Shown one piece after another: positions 52,118 through 63,253 of a stretch of 64,000 nt of DNA. How positions within the stretch are numbered: the first letter of the stretch is position 1; the number at the start of each line of letters is the position of its first letter. Below the pieces are notes generated by a model. The model worked only from the letters and a program-made list of their open reading frames with translations, had not been told where the DNA came from and ran no database searches. The translations under genes were made by a program, and so were the position numbers. The stretch is from assembly GCF_044324875.1 (NCBI RefSeq), contig NZ_CP172185.1. One strand, given 5' to 3'. This DNA comes from Escherichia coli. GTDB lineage: Bacteria; Pseudomonadota; Gammaproteobacteria; Enterobacterales; Enterobacteriaceae.

Positions 52118-53158
52118 ATGACTGGTCAGTCTTCATCTCAGGCGGCAACGCCCATTCAGTGGTGGAAACCCGCGCTTTTCTTTCTCGTTGTCATTGCTGG
52201 TCTCTGGTATGTGAAATGGCAACCTTACTACGGCAAAGCGTTTACTGCTGCCGAAACCCACAGTATCGGTAAATCTATCCTTGCGCAGGCGGATGCTAAT
52301 CCGTGGCAGGCGGCGTTGGATTACGCGATGATCTATTTCCTCGCGGTATGGAAAGCGGCGGTGCTGGGGGTGATCCTCGGTTCGTTGATTCAGGTGCTGA
52401 TCCCGCGTGACTGGTTGCTGCGTACGCTTGGGCAATCGCGCTTTCGCGGCACGCTGCTGGGAACGCTGTTTTCGCTGCCGGGTATGATGTGTACCTGCTG
52501 TGCGGCTCCGGTCGCGGCGGGAATGCGTCGCCAACAGGTATCGATGGGCGGGGCGCTGGCATTCTGGATGGGGAATCCGTTGTTAAACCCGGCGACGCTG
52601 GTGTTTATGGGGTTTGTCCTCGGCTGGGGCTTTGCCGCGATTCGTCTGGTGGCGGGGTTGGTGATGGTATTGCTGATTGCGACGCTGGTGCAAAAATGGG
52701 TGCGTGAAACACCGCAAACGCAGGCACCGGTCGAAATTGACATACCGGAAGCGCAGGGCGGGTTTTTTAGCCGCTGGGGCAGGGCACTATGGACGCTTTT
52801 CTGGAGTACGATCCCGGTTTACATCCTTGCGGTACTGGTGTTGGGTGCCGCTCGCGTCTGGTTATTCCCCCATGCCGATGGTGCTGTCGATAACAGCCTG
52901 ATGTGGGTGATTGCGATGGCGGTAGCGGGATGCTTGTTTGTCATTCCCACGGCGGCAGAAATTCCAATTGTACAAACGATGATGCTGGCAGGCATGGGAA
53001 CCGCTCCGGCGCTGGCATTGTTGATGACGCTCCCGGCGGTGAGTTTGCCGTCACTGATTATGCTGCGCAAAGCGTTCCCGGCGAAAGCCTTATGGCTGAC
53101 AGGGGCGATGGTGGCAGTGTCTGGTGTGATTGTCGGCGGGTTGGCGCTGTTGGCCTAA
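52118..53158 (+). CDS. yraQ: Putative permease, inner membrane
   Basis: 346-aa polytopic ORF. Confidence 0.9.
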   Translation: MTGQSSSQAATPIQWWKPALFFLVVIAGLWYVKWQPYYGKAFTAAETHSIGKSILAQADANPWQAALDYAMIYFLAVWKAAVLGVILGSLIQVLIPRDWLLRTLGQSRFRGTLLGTLFSLPGMMCTCCAAPVAAGMRRQQVSMGGALAFWMGNPLLNPATLVFMGFVLGWGFAAIRLVAGLVMVLLIATLVQKWVRETPQTQAPVEIDIPEAQGGFFSRWGRALWTLFWSTIPVYILAVLVLGAARVWLFPHADGAVDNSLMWVIAMAVAGCLFVIPTAAEIPIVQTMMLAGMGTAPALALLMTLPAVSLPSLIMLRKAFPAKALWLTGAMVAVSGVIVGGLALLA

Positions 53159-53193
53159 GATGTTGGATGCTCCTGAATACAGCACTGGACGGT

Positions 53194-53217
53194 CCCCTCT
53201 CCCCTTTGGGGAGAGGG
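53194..53217. terminator. Strong GC hairpin between convergent yraQ and dolP
   Basis: cccctctcccc-ttt-ggggagaggg, a 10-bp perfect stem with 3-nt loop. Confidence 0.6.
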
Positions 53218-53279
53218 TTAGGGTGAGGGGAACAGGTCGGCTAAGGTGTGAATATTTACTTCAACGACCGATCAATGGC

Positions 53280-53855
53280 TTATTTAATAAACGTAAACGC
53301 CGTGGTTACCCGCTTCACGCCGCTTACCCGGCTGGCAATATCTGCCGCCGCTTTCGCTTCACGTTCAGTCACTAGTCCCATCAGGAACACTTCACCGTTT
53401 TCGGTGGTCACTTTCACGTTGGACGATTTCACCAGGTCGCTGGTTAAGAGCTGCGAACGCACTTTGGTGGTGATCCACGTATCGTTAGACGCTTCGCCCA
53501 GACCAATCGGCTGGCCCTGACGAATCTCGTTATACACTTCGTTGGCACCGTCTACGCCCATAGCAATCTGTTTGGCGCGAGCCGAAAGTTCAGCGTTTGG
53601 TGACTGCCCAACCAGCAGCACTTTGCCCTGATACGCCGTGACATTAATACGGGTTTCTTTCTTAATCTGTTCGTCTTTCGACAATGCGCTGTTTACGCGC
53701 ACTTCCAGGGTACCATCGTCCACCTGGGTGCCGACACTGCGTGGGTCAGTTGCGGCTTTGGTACCTACAGCAGCGGTACCCACTACGGCAGCGGCAACAC
53801 AACCTTGCAACAGCAGCGCGGAAAGAAGGACTGCGATTGGCGATAATGCCTTCAT
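53280..53855 (-). CDS. dolP: Dual-BON-domain outer-membrane lipoprotein DolP
   Basis: 191-aa ORF with lipobox LLLQGC. Confidence 0.94.
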   Translation of the reverse strand: MKALSPIAVLLSALLLQGCVAAAVVGTAAVGTKAATDPRSVGTQVDDGTLEVRVNSALSKDEQIKKETRINVTAYQGKVLLVGQSPNAELSARAKQIAMGVDGANEVYNEIRQGQPIGLGEASNDTWITTKVRSQLLTSDLVKSSNVKVTTENGEVFLMGLVTEREAKAAADIASRVSGVKRVTTAFTFIK

Positions 53856-53864
53856 GTATTCTCC

Positions 53865-54455
53865 TTAAACATCCTGGTGAGGGAAAAGCGTGTTATCGAT
53901 CAGATCGCACAGGCAATTTACCGTCAGCATATGCATTTCCTGAATGCGAGCACTACGATGCGAAGGAATGCGGATCTCCACATCCTGTGGCCCTAACAAA
54001 CCTGCAAGTTCACCGCCGTCATAGCCGGTTAATGCCACAATGGTCATATCACGCGTAACGGCAGCTTCTACCGCTTTTACAATATCGCGGCTGTTGCCAC
54101 GGGTGGAAATGGCTAACAATACATCTCCCGCATGACCCAGCGCCCGCACCTGTTTTGCATACACTTCATCATGTAAGCGATCGTTGGCAATCGCCGTTAA
54201 GACAACATTATCAGTATTTAGTGCAATGGCAGGTAAGCTGGGCCGCTCCGTTTCGAAACGGTTGATCATGCTGGCAGCAAAATGCTGTGCATTGGCAGCG
54301 GAAGTTCCATTACCACAACAGAGGATTTTGTTGCCATTGAGCAGAGACTGAACCAGCGTCATAGCTGCACGCGAGATGGCATCCGGAAGCGCCTCTGCCG
54401 CCGCAATTTGAGTTTGAATGCTTTCAGTGAAGCAAGCTTTAATTCTTTCTTGCAC
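53865..54455 (-). CDS. diaA: DnaA initiator-associating protein DiaA (SIS domain)
   Basis: 196-aa [64 protein letters not shown]... Confidence 0.94.
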
Positions 54456-54474
54456 GCTAATCCTTAAACCTTAA

Positions 54475-54870
54475 TTATGAGTGGTCATTAAAGGCATCCT
54501 TAATCCACTCAACCTCATTCCCGGTGAAGGCTACCACATCGAACCGGCAATCCACAGTATCAAAACTCCCATTATGACGCGCGAGCCACAAGCGGGCAGT
54601 CTGTAATAATTTGTGTTGTTTGCTGCGGGTCACACTGGCTGCCGCGCCGCCATAAAGCGCAGAGCGGCGGTAACGCACCTCGACAAAAACGGTGGTCCGG
54701 CCTTCACGCATTATCAGATCGATCTCGCCGCCACGCTCGTTCACGTTAGCGGCGATAAACCGCAGTCCTTTGCCTTCCAGCCAGCGACGCGCTTGTGCTT
54801 CCCACGCATCGCCGGTCTGTTTGGTGGTTAACTGGCGGGGACTACCTGACCTTGTTGGTACTGTAGCCAT
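54475..54870 (-). CDS. yraN: UPF0102 protein YraN
   Basis: 131-aa ORF; start overlaps the lpoA 3' end. Confidence 0.9.
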   Translation of the reverse strand: MATVPTRSGSPRQLTTKQTGDAWEAQARRWLEGKGLRFIAANVNERGGEIDLIMREGRTTVFVEVRYRRSALYGGAAASVTRSKQHKLLQTARLWLARHNGSFDTVDCRFDVVAFTGNEVEWIKDAFNDHS

Positions 54871-56864
54871 GATAACTTCCTGTTAATCACGCAATCCGGG
54901 TTAGCCGTCAGACTTCCGGTATTACCGTTGATTTCAAAACCCTGAACCTGGCGCATTTGTGAGAAATGATTTGCCAACGACCAGGCATCGACGCCCATCG
55001 CATACATGCGAGCCAGCGAATAATCGTTGTTCACCGCGCTGAGCGCCTGCTGCATTAACGGCAGATTACCGCCTGCCAGCATCGGGATTTCGCTGTACTG
55101 CAAGCCTTCCATCTCCAGACGGAAATCCGGGCCTGCGGTGCCTTGTGCGCTGCGGGAACTGGCGTACAGCGTTGCACCGCTCTGGCTACCGTTACGCATG
55201 GCGATCATCGGTTTGATAAAAGCGATTTCACCCGGCGTTGCCACAATGTAGACCGCATCGACACGACCGCCATTATTGGTGAACTGGTCATCGGTTGGCG
55301 TGGTTTGCAGCGTTGGATTGTTGGTCGTCATGCCGGAGTCGGTTGTCGCTCTGGGAGTAATCGGGCTACCCGTTAAAGCAATACCAGAACCGCCGTTAAC
55401 ACCCGCGCGTAATTCGCTGGTGGAACCAAATTTTTGTTGCAGAACGGTGCCGCCACCCAGTTTCTGCCACTCTTGCGCAAACGCATTGGCTACGCGATCG
55501 CCCAATGAACTGCGCGGGATCAGCACCAGCGGCGCTTGTTTACCCTGGTCACGAATATGACGCGCTGCATCGCGCGCTTCGTCTTCCGGCGAAAGCGCGA
55601 AGTAACAAATATTGACGCGGTTTTCGATATTCTCCGGCTGGTTCAGTGCCAGCACGTTCAGCGGAGTGTTGCTCTTCAGCAACTCTTCAACGTTATTTTT
55701 CAGCAACGGACCGACCACAATACTCGCGCCATCCTGCTGAACCTGGCTTAAGATCTGGCTAAGTGGTTGTGATGAGGTATCGTAGATTTTCAGCTCTGCG
55801 GATGGATTTGCGGGTGCGCTTACCGCTGCGGTGCTTGTCGCCGGGGCGCTTACAGGCACCGGCTGGGCCGCAGGCTGTTCACCGGTCAGATCGCTAACCG
55901 AGGCTTGTGCCGGGCTGGCAACGCCATCCACGGTTTGCGGCTGAGGTTGTTCTGCTACGTCTGCGGCAGGTGCGGCAGCTACCTGGGCCGCCACTGGCTG
56001 AGTGCCGATATTTTTCGCCGCTTCAAAGCCTTGCTGAATAGTGCGACCAAATACCGCTGCCTGGCCATTCAGTGGCAACAGCAGGGCGATTTTGTTGGTC
56101 GATGCGGGTTTAAACGCTTTTACGTTGACCAACTGCGTTGGCAGCATTTTCGCGCCCGGGTTGTTCGGATAACGTTTCTGCCAGTCGGCGATCCCGGCTT
56201 TCATCATGTCGGGATCGTTACGGTTATCAAACCAGATGCGCTGCAGATCCAGCCAGCCTTGCAGAATATTTTCGTCGGCATTGATCACCAGCGTATTCGC
56301 CTGTTCCTGAGTCATGGAGGAGAGCGCCTGCCAGGTGGCGTCAATATTCTGCTGCTTTTCTTTCGCACCGAGCAGCGGTTCCTGAGCAATTAACGCGCGC
56401 AGTAAATCAATGGAAGGACGCCCCTGGCTGGCATCGATTTTTGCCTGCCAGTAACGCGCTTGCTGGTTTTGTTCTAAATCTGCAGGTGTGATTTTCGCCA
56501 GCAAGTTTTGCGCGCCAGCAAAATCTTTCTGCGCCAGTTTAATCTCTGCCGCCAGCAGTGTTTTCTCGCGACGCTGAGAATCGTTCAGTTCTTGCGGTAG
56601 TTGGTTAAACAACTCCACCGCCTGTCCGGTTTTACCTTCTTTCACCAGTGCACGAATGGCGAGTAATTGCCAGTTGATCCTGGTATCATCAGAACTTTGC
56701 TGCATCTGTTGCAGGTAAAAGGCAGAATCAGCCTGCGCCGTGCCCTGCATATAAGCAGTGGACTGATCGGGAGTATGGGTGCCACAACCGGCGAAAATCA
56801 GGGCTGCCAGAACAACAGGCAGACAACGCGCGGCTTTCAAACGAGAAAATGTTGAGGGTACCAT
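54828..56864 (-). CDS. lpoA: Outer-membrane lipoprotein activator of PBP1A, LpoA
   Basis: ORF 54828..56894; start at internal Met [27 protein letters not shown] (lipobox), 678 aa; Ala/Pro/Gln-rich linker mid-protein. Confidence 0.9.
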   Translation of the reverse strand: MVPSTFSRLKAARCLPVVLAALIFAGCGTHTPDQSTAYMQGTAQADSAFYLQQMQQSSDDTRINWQLLAIRALVKEGKTGQAVELFNQLPQELNDSQRREKTLLAAEIKLAQKDFAGAQNLLAKITPADLEQNQQARYWQAKIDASQGRPSIDLLRALIAQEPLLGAKEKQQNIDATWQALSSMTQEQANTLVINADENILQGWLDLQRIWFDNRNDPDMMKAGIADWQKRYPNNPGAKMLPTQLVNVKAFKPASTNKIALLLPLNGQAAVFGRTIQQGFEAAKNIGTQPVAAQVAAAPAADVAEQPQPQTVDGVASPAQASVSDLTGEQPAAQPVPVSAPATSTAAVSAPANPSAELKIYDTSSQPLSQILSQVQQDGASIVVGPLLKNNVEELLKSNTPLNVLALNQPENIENRVNICYFALSPEDEARDAARHIRDQGKQAPLVLIPRSSLGDRVANAFAQEWQKLGGGTVLQQKFGSTSELRAGVNGGSGIALTGSPITPRATTDSGMTTNNPTLQTTPTDDQFTNNGGRVDAVYIVATPGEIAFIKPMIAMRNGSQSGATLYASSRSAQGTAGPDFRLEMEGLQYSEIPMLAGGNLPLMQQALSAVNNDYSLARMYAMGVDAWSLANHFSQMRQVQGFEINGNTGSLTANPDCVINRKLSWLQYQQGQVVPAS

Positions 56865-56928
56865 AATGTATCCAGTGATATTTTTTTTACGCAATGCTCA
56901 ATATTAAATCGGCAATACGGACGACACA

Positions 56929-57792
56929 ATGAAACAACACCAATCGGCGGATAATTCTCAGGGCCAGCTTTACATTGTACCGACGCCAATCGGCAATCTG
57001 GCGGATATCACCCAGCGTGCGTTGGAGGTATTACAGGCCGTTGATCTGATTGCCGCCGAGGATACGCGTCACACCGGTTTATTGCTGCAACATTTTGGGA
57101 TTAATGCTCGGTTGTTTGCGCTGCACGACCATAACGAACAACAAAAAGCCGAAACGCTGCTGGCGAAGCTGCAAGAGGGGCAAAACATTGCGCTGGTTTC
57201 CGATGCCGGAACGCCGCTAATTAACGATCCTGGCTACCATCTGGTGCGTACCTGCCGTGAAGCGGGGATTCGCGTGGTGCCGCTACCCGGGCCGTGTGCT
57301 GCTATCACTGCGTTAAGCGCCGCGGGTTTACCATCCGATCGTTTTTGTTATGAAGGCTTTTTACCTGCCAAATCAAAAGGCCGCCGTGATGCGCTAAAAG
57401 CCATTGAAGCGGAGCCGCGCACGCTGATTTTTTATGAATCTACCCACCGTCTGTTAGATAGCCTGGAAGATATCGTTGCGGTATTAGGCGAATCCCGCTA
57501 CGTGGTTCTGGCGCGTGAGCTGACCAAAACCTGGGAAACCATTCACGGCGCGCCCGTTGGCGAGCTGCTGGCGTGGGTCAAAGAAGATGAAAACCGTCGC
57601 AAAGGCGAAATGGTACTGATTGTCGAAGGCCATAAAGCACAGGAAGAAGACTTACCCGCCGATGCCCTGCGCACGCTGGCGCTGTTGCAGGCAGAACTGC
57701 CACTGAAAAAAGCGGCGGCGCTGGCAGCAGAAATTCACGGCGTGAAGAAAAATGCGCTGTATAAGTATGCACTGGAGCAGCAGGGAGAGTGA
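56929..57792 (+). CDS. rsmI: 16S rRNA C1402 2'-O-methyltransferase
   Basis: 287-aa [38 protein letters not shown]...; divergent from lpoA. Confidence 0.93.
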
Positions 57793-57841
57793 TTACAGGC
57801 GTCGCAGCAGGAATAGCGTTGCAACGCCTGTAGCAGGCGAG

Positions 57842-58609
57842 TTAACGACGACACATCTCATCAATCATGCATGTGAAATAGTTATGCAGCCATAAAAATG
57901 AAGCCGGGATAGCGGTAGAGACTTTAGCCGTGAGAAAACGTTCTGTCGCATCCTGCTTTCCTTCGCCAGTCACCAGTAACAAAACTTCGCGGGCATTGAG
58001 AATATCCTTCAGGCCTAAGGTGATCCCACGAGTCACGGGACGGCCCGCAGTTTTTAACATCTCATGTTGCTGTGTTCTGGCATCAAGTTGACTGATATGG
58101 CAGGCCGGTTGCAGGTTTTCTCCCGGTTCGTTCAGCCCAAGATGACCGTTTTTCCCCAATCCGAGAACGCATAAATCCAGACCGCCTTTGCGCGCAATCA
58201 GGTTCGTTACCCGTTCGCACTCTGTCTCATTTATCTCTTCGGAGCGAAAGCTGATGAGTTGGTCTTCACGCAGCCCCAGCGGCTGCACGATATGCTGTTG
58301 TAGGAAAGTTTCGCAGGTGCCAGGCATCGTTAATGGCAGATCCACCCATTCGTCGAGCTTCACGAAGGTGAGCTGGCTGACATCAACCTGCTGCTGGTGG
58401 ATTTTTTCTACCAGATAATGATACGTCAGTAATGGCGTGGCTCCGGTCGCCAGGCAAATCACGGCATCCGGTTTGCTACGGATCACGGCCAATAAATATT
58501 CGCTGGCACGTTCACTTAACGCCATATAGTTTTCAACTTGCTGAAGGGTTTGCACAGGATGAAATTCCTTAAGTAAAGAGGCACCACCAGACGCAGTGCC
58601 TCGTTCCAT
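57842..58609 (-). CDS. agaI: Galactosamine-6-phosphate deaminase/isomerase (NagB-like)
   Basis: 255-aa ORF MERGTASGGASLLKEFHPVQTLQQVENYMALSERASEYLL...; about 50 bp from rsmI. Confidence 0.88.
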   Translation of the reverse strand: MERGTASGGASLLKEFHPVQTLQQVENYMALSERASEYLLAVIRSKPDAVICLATGATPLLTYHYLVEKIHQQQVDVSQLTFVKLDEWVDLPLTMPGTCETFLQQHIVQPLGLREDQLISFRSEEINETECERVTNLIARKGGLDLCVLGLGKNGHLGLNEPGENLQPACHISQLDARTQQHEMLKTAGRPVTRGITLGLKDILNAREVLLLVTGEGKQDATERFLTAKVSTAIPASFLWLHNYFTCMIDEMCRR

Positions 58610-59401
58610 TTACAAAATTCCGAATGCGGAACAAACAATAGAGAGCACAAAAGTCACGCCGATTAACAGCACCGGATGCGCTTTTTTCACCCGCAGGAAG
58701 TAATACATCAGCAGGGTGTAGGCCATCGGTAAAATATTCGGGAAGACTTTATCGAAGAAATCCTGCTGCAGCGCGACGCTGTGGGTACTGTCGATGTCAA
58801 ACGATGTCACCACGTTAATATGAACATACGAAGCGATCAGCCCGCCGATTACCGTGATCCCGAGGATGGTTGCCGAACGGGCAATCATCTGCGAGTTCTC
58901 TCGCACTTTATCGATCGCCTTCACGCCGACTGAATAACCGACGTGGGTCCAGCCGACGCGCAGGAAAAAGATAAGCAGGTAAACGGCGAAAAATAGAATC
59001 GGCCCCAGCAAGTTTCCCTGGCTGGCAAATGATGAGCAAATTCCCGCCATAATCGGCAATAAGGTAAACCAGAAAATCGCATCGCCAATCCCGGCGATTG
59101 GGCCAAACAGTGCTACTTTGAGGCCTTTAATGGTGTCGCGGTTTTCTCCTTTTTCTTCCATCGAAATTAATAACCCCATCAGGAATCCGACCAGATTCGG
59201 GTGGGTATTAATAAATTCGAGGTTATCTTTCATCGCCGCGCTTAGGCCCGGTTTGTCGTCCTTATAAATCTTTTTCAGGATCGGCAACATCGCCCAGGTA
59301 AAACCGCCCGCCTGCATCCTTTCGTAATTAAAGCTCGCTTGCAGCAGTGACGAACGAAAGCCCAGACGGGTGATATCTTTTTTACTGATTTCAGATCCCA
59401 T
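58610..59401 (-). CDS. agaD: PTS N-acetylgalactosamine/galactosamine EIID component
   Basis: ORF 58610..59548; start at internal Met MGSEISKKDITRLGFRSSLLQASFNYERMQAGGF... (263 aa). Confidence 0.88.
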   Translation of the reverse strand: MGSEISKKDITRLGFRSSLLQASFNYERMQAGGFTWAMLPILKKIYKDDKPGLSAAMKDNLEFINTHPNLVGFLMGLLISMEEKGENRDTIKGLKVALFGPIAGIGDAIFWFTLLPIMAGICSSFASQGNLLGPILFFAVYLLIFFLRVGWTHVGYSVGVKAIDKVRENSQMIARSATILGITVIGGLIASYVHINVVTSFDIDSTHSVALQQDFFDKVFPNILPMAYTLLMYYFLRVKKAHPVLLIGVTFVLSIVCSAFGIL

Positions 59402-60194
59402 TGCTGTAGTCCTCTTCTTCATTTTTACTGGCAACGGGCTGCGGTTGCGCTTGCTGCCGGGATTTCGCATTGAAAAACTCATACACCGCAAAGCCTGCGC
59501 CCAGTACGGCAACCGGCAACAGGTTGCTGACCTGGATGTAGCAAACAAACAGGAAACCGGCGATCAGGTAAGGGATATATTGCGCTTTGAACATCACGCG
59601 CAGCAGCAAGCCAAAACCAACGGCAGGCAGAATACCGCCAGCCACTTCAAAGCCGTGGGTCAGCCAGGCGGGCATCGCTTTCACCAGCGCCTGCATCGCC
59701 CCCTGTGCCAGGTAAGTACAGAGGAAAGCAATCACCGCATACGCTGAAGCGACGATGAGCATCGTTGTCCAGTTAAGTCGGGAAAACGCTGCCGTATCCG
59801 CCTCTTTTGCGCATTTATCGGCTTTGGTCATAAATAATGAGAAAGCGGAATAGAAGAACAGAATGACGTACTGCATTAACAAACTAAACGGCAGGCCAAG
59901 ACCAATTGCCGTTTTGGCATCAACGCCCGTAGACCATGCAATGACAGTGGTCATCAGACCCGCCATAATCGGGTTGGGCGGCTGAACACCACCTGCAGGG
60001 GTTAATCCGGCGAAAGCCAACTCTGTCAGACCACCGGTAATTAAGCCAGTCTGAATATCACCGAGAATAGCGCCAGTTAGGGTACAAACGATTATCGGGC
60101 GGAATAAAAATAAGGCTTCCAGCCAAAAATCAATCCCCAGAACGAAAACTAACGCCGCCAGGGATAATCCCTGAAGTAGGGTTATTTCATGCAT
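59391..60194 (-). CDS. agaC: PTS galactosamine EIIC component
   Basis: 267-aa polytopic ORF MHEITLLQGLSLAALVFVLGIDFWLEALFLFRPIIVCTLTGA... Confidence 0.92.
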   Translation of the reverse strand: MHEITLLQGLSLAALVFVLGIDFWLEALFLFRPIIVCTLTGAILGDIQTGLITGGLTELAFAGLTPAGGVQPPNPIMAGLMTTVIAWSTGVDAKTAIGLGLPFSLLMQYVILFFYSAFSLFMTKADKCAKEADTAAFSRLNWTTMLIVASAYAVIAFLCTYLAQGAMQALVKAMPAWLTHGFEVAGGILPAVGFGLLLRVMFKAQYIPYLIAGFLFVCYIQVSNLLPVAVLGAGFAVYEFFNAKSRQQAQPQPVASKNEEEDYSNGI

Positions 60195-60232
60195 TTTTAT
60201 TACCTCAAACCAATATTAAGGCGATTTTAGAT

Positions 60233-60709
60233 TTAGTCAGGGATTTGTTCTTTTTGATCGCCAGGGACGTCCTGAATGAAAACATTCACGCCACGTTGTT
60301 TAATAAAACGTAAGTCCGTGAGATCCTGGTCATCGACATAAACTTTACTGCTGATTTGCTTTTTCCCTTCCGAGAAATGCATATTGCCGACGTTGACATC
60401 TTTCAGGTCAATACCACCTTCTACCAATTTACGTACCGTTTGTGGCGTACGGCAAATCAGGAAGATCTTTTGATGCGGTGCAGCTTTGCCGATGACGTTA
60501 ATGGTTTTTTCGATAGTAAAGAAACGAATGCCAAAGCCGTAGGTTTCTGCGGTAATACTCATTAATTTCTGTTGAATATCATCGTTAGCGACAACATCAT
60601 CCACAACTACCAGCAGATTTGCACCGATGGTAGATGTCCAGGTCACGCCAACCTGACCGTGAACCAGACGGTTATCAATACGGGTTAAGAGAATATTTGG
60701 ACTGCTCAT
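60233..60709 (-). CDS. agaB: PTS galactosamine EIIB component
   Basis: 158-aa ORF MSSPNILLTRIDNRLVHGQVGVTWTSTIGANLLVVVDD... Confidence 0.93.
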   Translation of the reverse strand: MSSPNILLTRIDNRLVHGQVGVTWTSTIGANLLVVVDDVVANDDIQQKLMSITAETYGFGIRFFTIEKTINVIGKAAPHQKIFLICRTPQTVRKLVEGGIDLKDVNVGNMHFSEGKKQISSKVYVDDQDLTDLRFIKQRGVNVFIQDVPGDQKEQIPD

Positions 60710-60875
60710 TGTGTAATCCTCACCATAAAGTTGAATAATATAATTTTTTTAAATATATTATTGTTGCGATATTTTACTGATGTATTTATTAAGGTTTAGT
60801 TATCTCCTTTACCATTAAGGCACTCCCCGATATTAATCGGGAAGTACATTGGGATAAATCATAAAAAACTAATGA

Positions 60876-61748
<873 letters not shown>

Positions 61749-62903
61749 TTATGCCTGCCACGGATGAATGATTACGCCTTGCACCACGCGGTTAACGGTG
61801 CCACTGGCTGATGGGGTATCCGGCGTATTGCCCATGTGCAGCGACTGCATCAGTGCAAACGTCTGGGCGTACATCAGGAAGCAAAATGCCTGCTCAACGT
61901 CGATAAAGTGACGTGACGGTGGCAGGATGATATGTGGACCGGCAGCGACGATGTCGCTGCTTTCCGCGGCGATGGCGATTACACGCATTGCCTGGTTGTC
62001 ACGGCGAAGTTCAGCCAGCAGATCAAGATCATACTGACGGGTGTAAGGGTGGCTGGAGACAAATACCACCACCAGCGTTTCGTTATCGACCAGCGATTTC
62101 GGGCCATGACGGAATCCGGTCGGGGAATCATAAAAGGCCGCCAGTTTACCCGCCGTCAGTTCCAGTACTTTCAGCGCCGACTCGCGTGCTGCGCCCTGTA
62201 AGCCACCGCTGCCGAGATAAACGATCCGTTTCCACGGTGCGTAACCAAACACACCTTCGCTGAAATCGCCCAGTGAGGTCAGGATCGCCTGGCAACGATC
62301 CGCCACGTCGCGGAAGCTCTGGCTGTTGATCGTCTCAGGTGCGAAAACCGCGAGGCAGCTGGCCATCATGGTGGTAATGCTGCTGGTCATCGCAAAGCCG
62401 CGATCGTGCGTTTCTGCGGGCATCAGCAGGGCAAACGCGTTGTCGCTGTTGATCGCGTTTTGGTAAAGAGCGCCCGCTTCGTTGCAGGTGATCGGCAGGT
62501 GATAGCACTCGGGTACAAATTGATTTGCCAGTTCCACGGCGGCGACGCTTTCCGGGCTGTTGCCGGATCGACCGAAGGAGATCAACAGCAGTGGATGAGC
62601 TGGATTCAGGTAGTCCATCGGATTGGTGACCAGATCGGTGGTCGGTACGGCGCTGAAGTTTTTACCGGTATGGCTGGCGAGCCACGGCGCGATGATGTCA
62701 CCGATAAATGCCGAGGTTCCGGCTCCGGTCAGGATTACCCGCAGATTCTCTTTGCGCAGTAACGGTTCAAGGAAGTTATTGAGCGCGGAACGTAGCGCGT
62801 CGATGTTGGTGAGTGAACGGATCCATGCGCGAGGCTGATGGCGGATCTCTTCTTCAGTCCATGTACCGGTTGCGGCAGCAGCAGGGGTGTAATTTTCTGG
62901 CAT
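61749..62903 (-). CDS. agaS: SIS-domain galactosamine-6-phosphate deaminase/isomerase AgaS
   Basis: 384-aa ORF MPENYTPAAAATGTWTEEEIRHQPRAWIRSLTNIDALRSALNNFLEP... Confidence 0.93.
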   Translation of the reverse strand: MPENYTPAAAATGTWTEEEIRHQPRAWIRSLTNIDALRSALNNFLEPLLRKENLRVILTGAGTSAFIGDIIAPWLASHTGKNFSAVPTTDLVTNPMDYLNPAHPLLLISFGRSGNSPESVAAVELANQFVPECYHLPITCNEAGALYQNAINSDNAFALLMPAETHDRGFAMTSSITTMMASCLAVFAPETINSQSFRDVADRCQAILTSLGDFSEGVFGYAPWKRIVYLGSGGLQGAARESALKVLELTAGKLAAFYDSPTGFRHGPKSLVDNETLVVVFVSSHPYTRQYDLDLLAELRRDNQAMRVIAIAAESSDIVAAGPHIILPPSRHFIDVEQAFCFLMYAQTFALMQSLHMGNTPDTPSASGTVNRVVQGVIIHPWQA

Positions 62904-63123
62904 AACTCAATCCTTAGTCTGATGAACTTGACGTCGGGCGTTGTCGCTTTCGCTTACCTTTCGTTTCATTTCATTTGGTGATGTCTTTCGTTGATTAAAA
63001 TCTATAGAAAAGAAACTGAAAGTTCAATGGAGAAAAAAGAAATAAAACGAAATTTGTGATCGTTGAAAGAAAAGACAAGGGAAGATTAAAGAATTGCATG
63101 ATGACGTTGCTATGTGCACCGAT

Positions 63124-63182
63124 TGCCGGATGCGGCGTACCGTAGGTCGCATAAGACGCGTCAGCGTCGCATCCGACACCGC
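63124..63182. repeat. REP-like imperfect palindrome in the agaS-agaA intergenic region
   Basis: gccggatgcggcgtaccgtaggtcgcataagacgcgtcagcgtcgcatccgac, preceded by an A-rich stretch (63000-63110). Confidence 0.55.
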
Positions 63183-63253
63183 TGCACAGATCAAAAAGAA
63201 AGAAAAAGAAAGGCCTTACGGGGGAAGTGAAGGCCCAATAAAGGAGCAAACCA

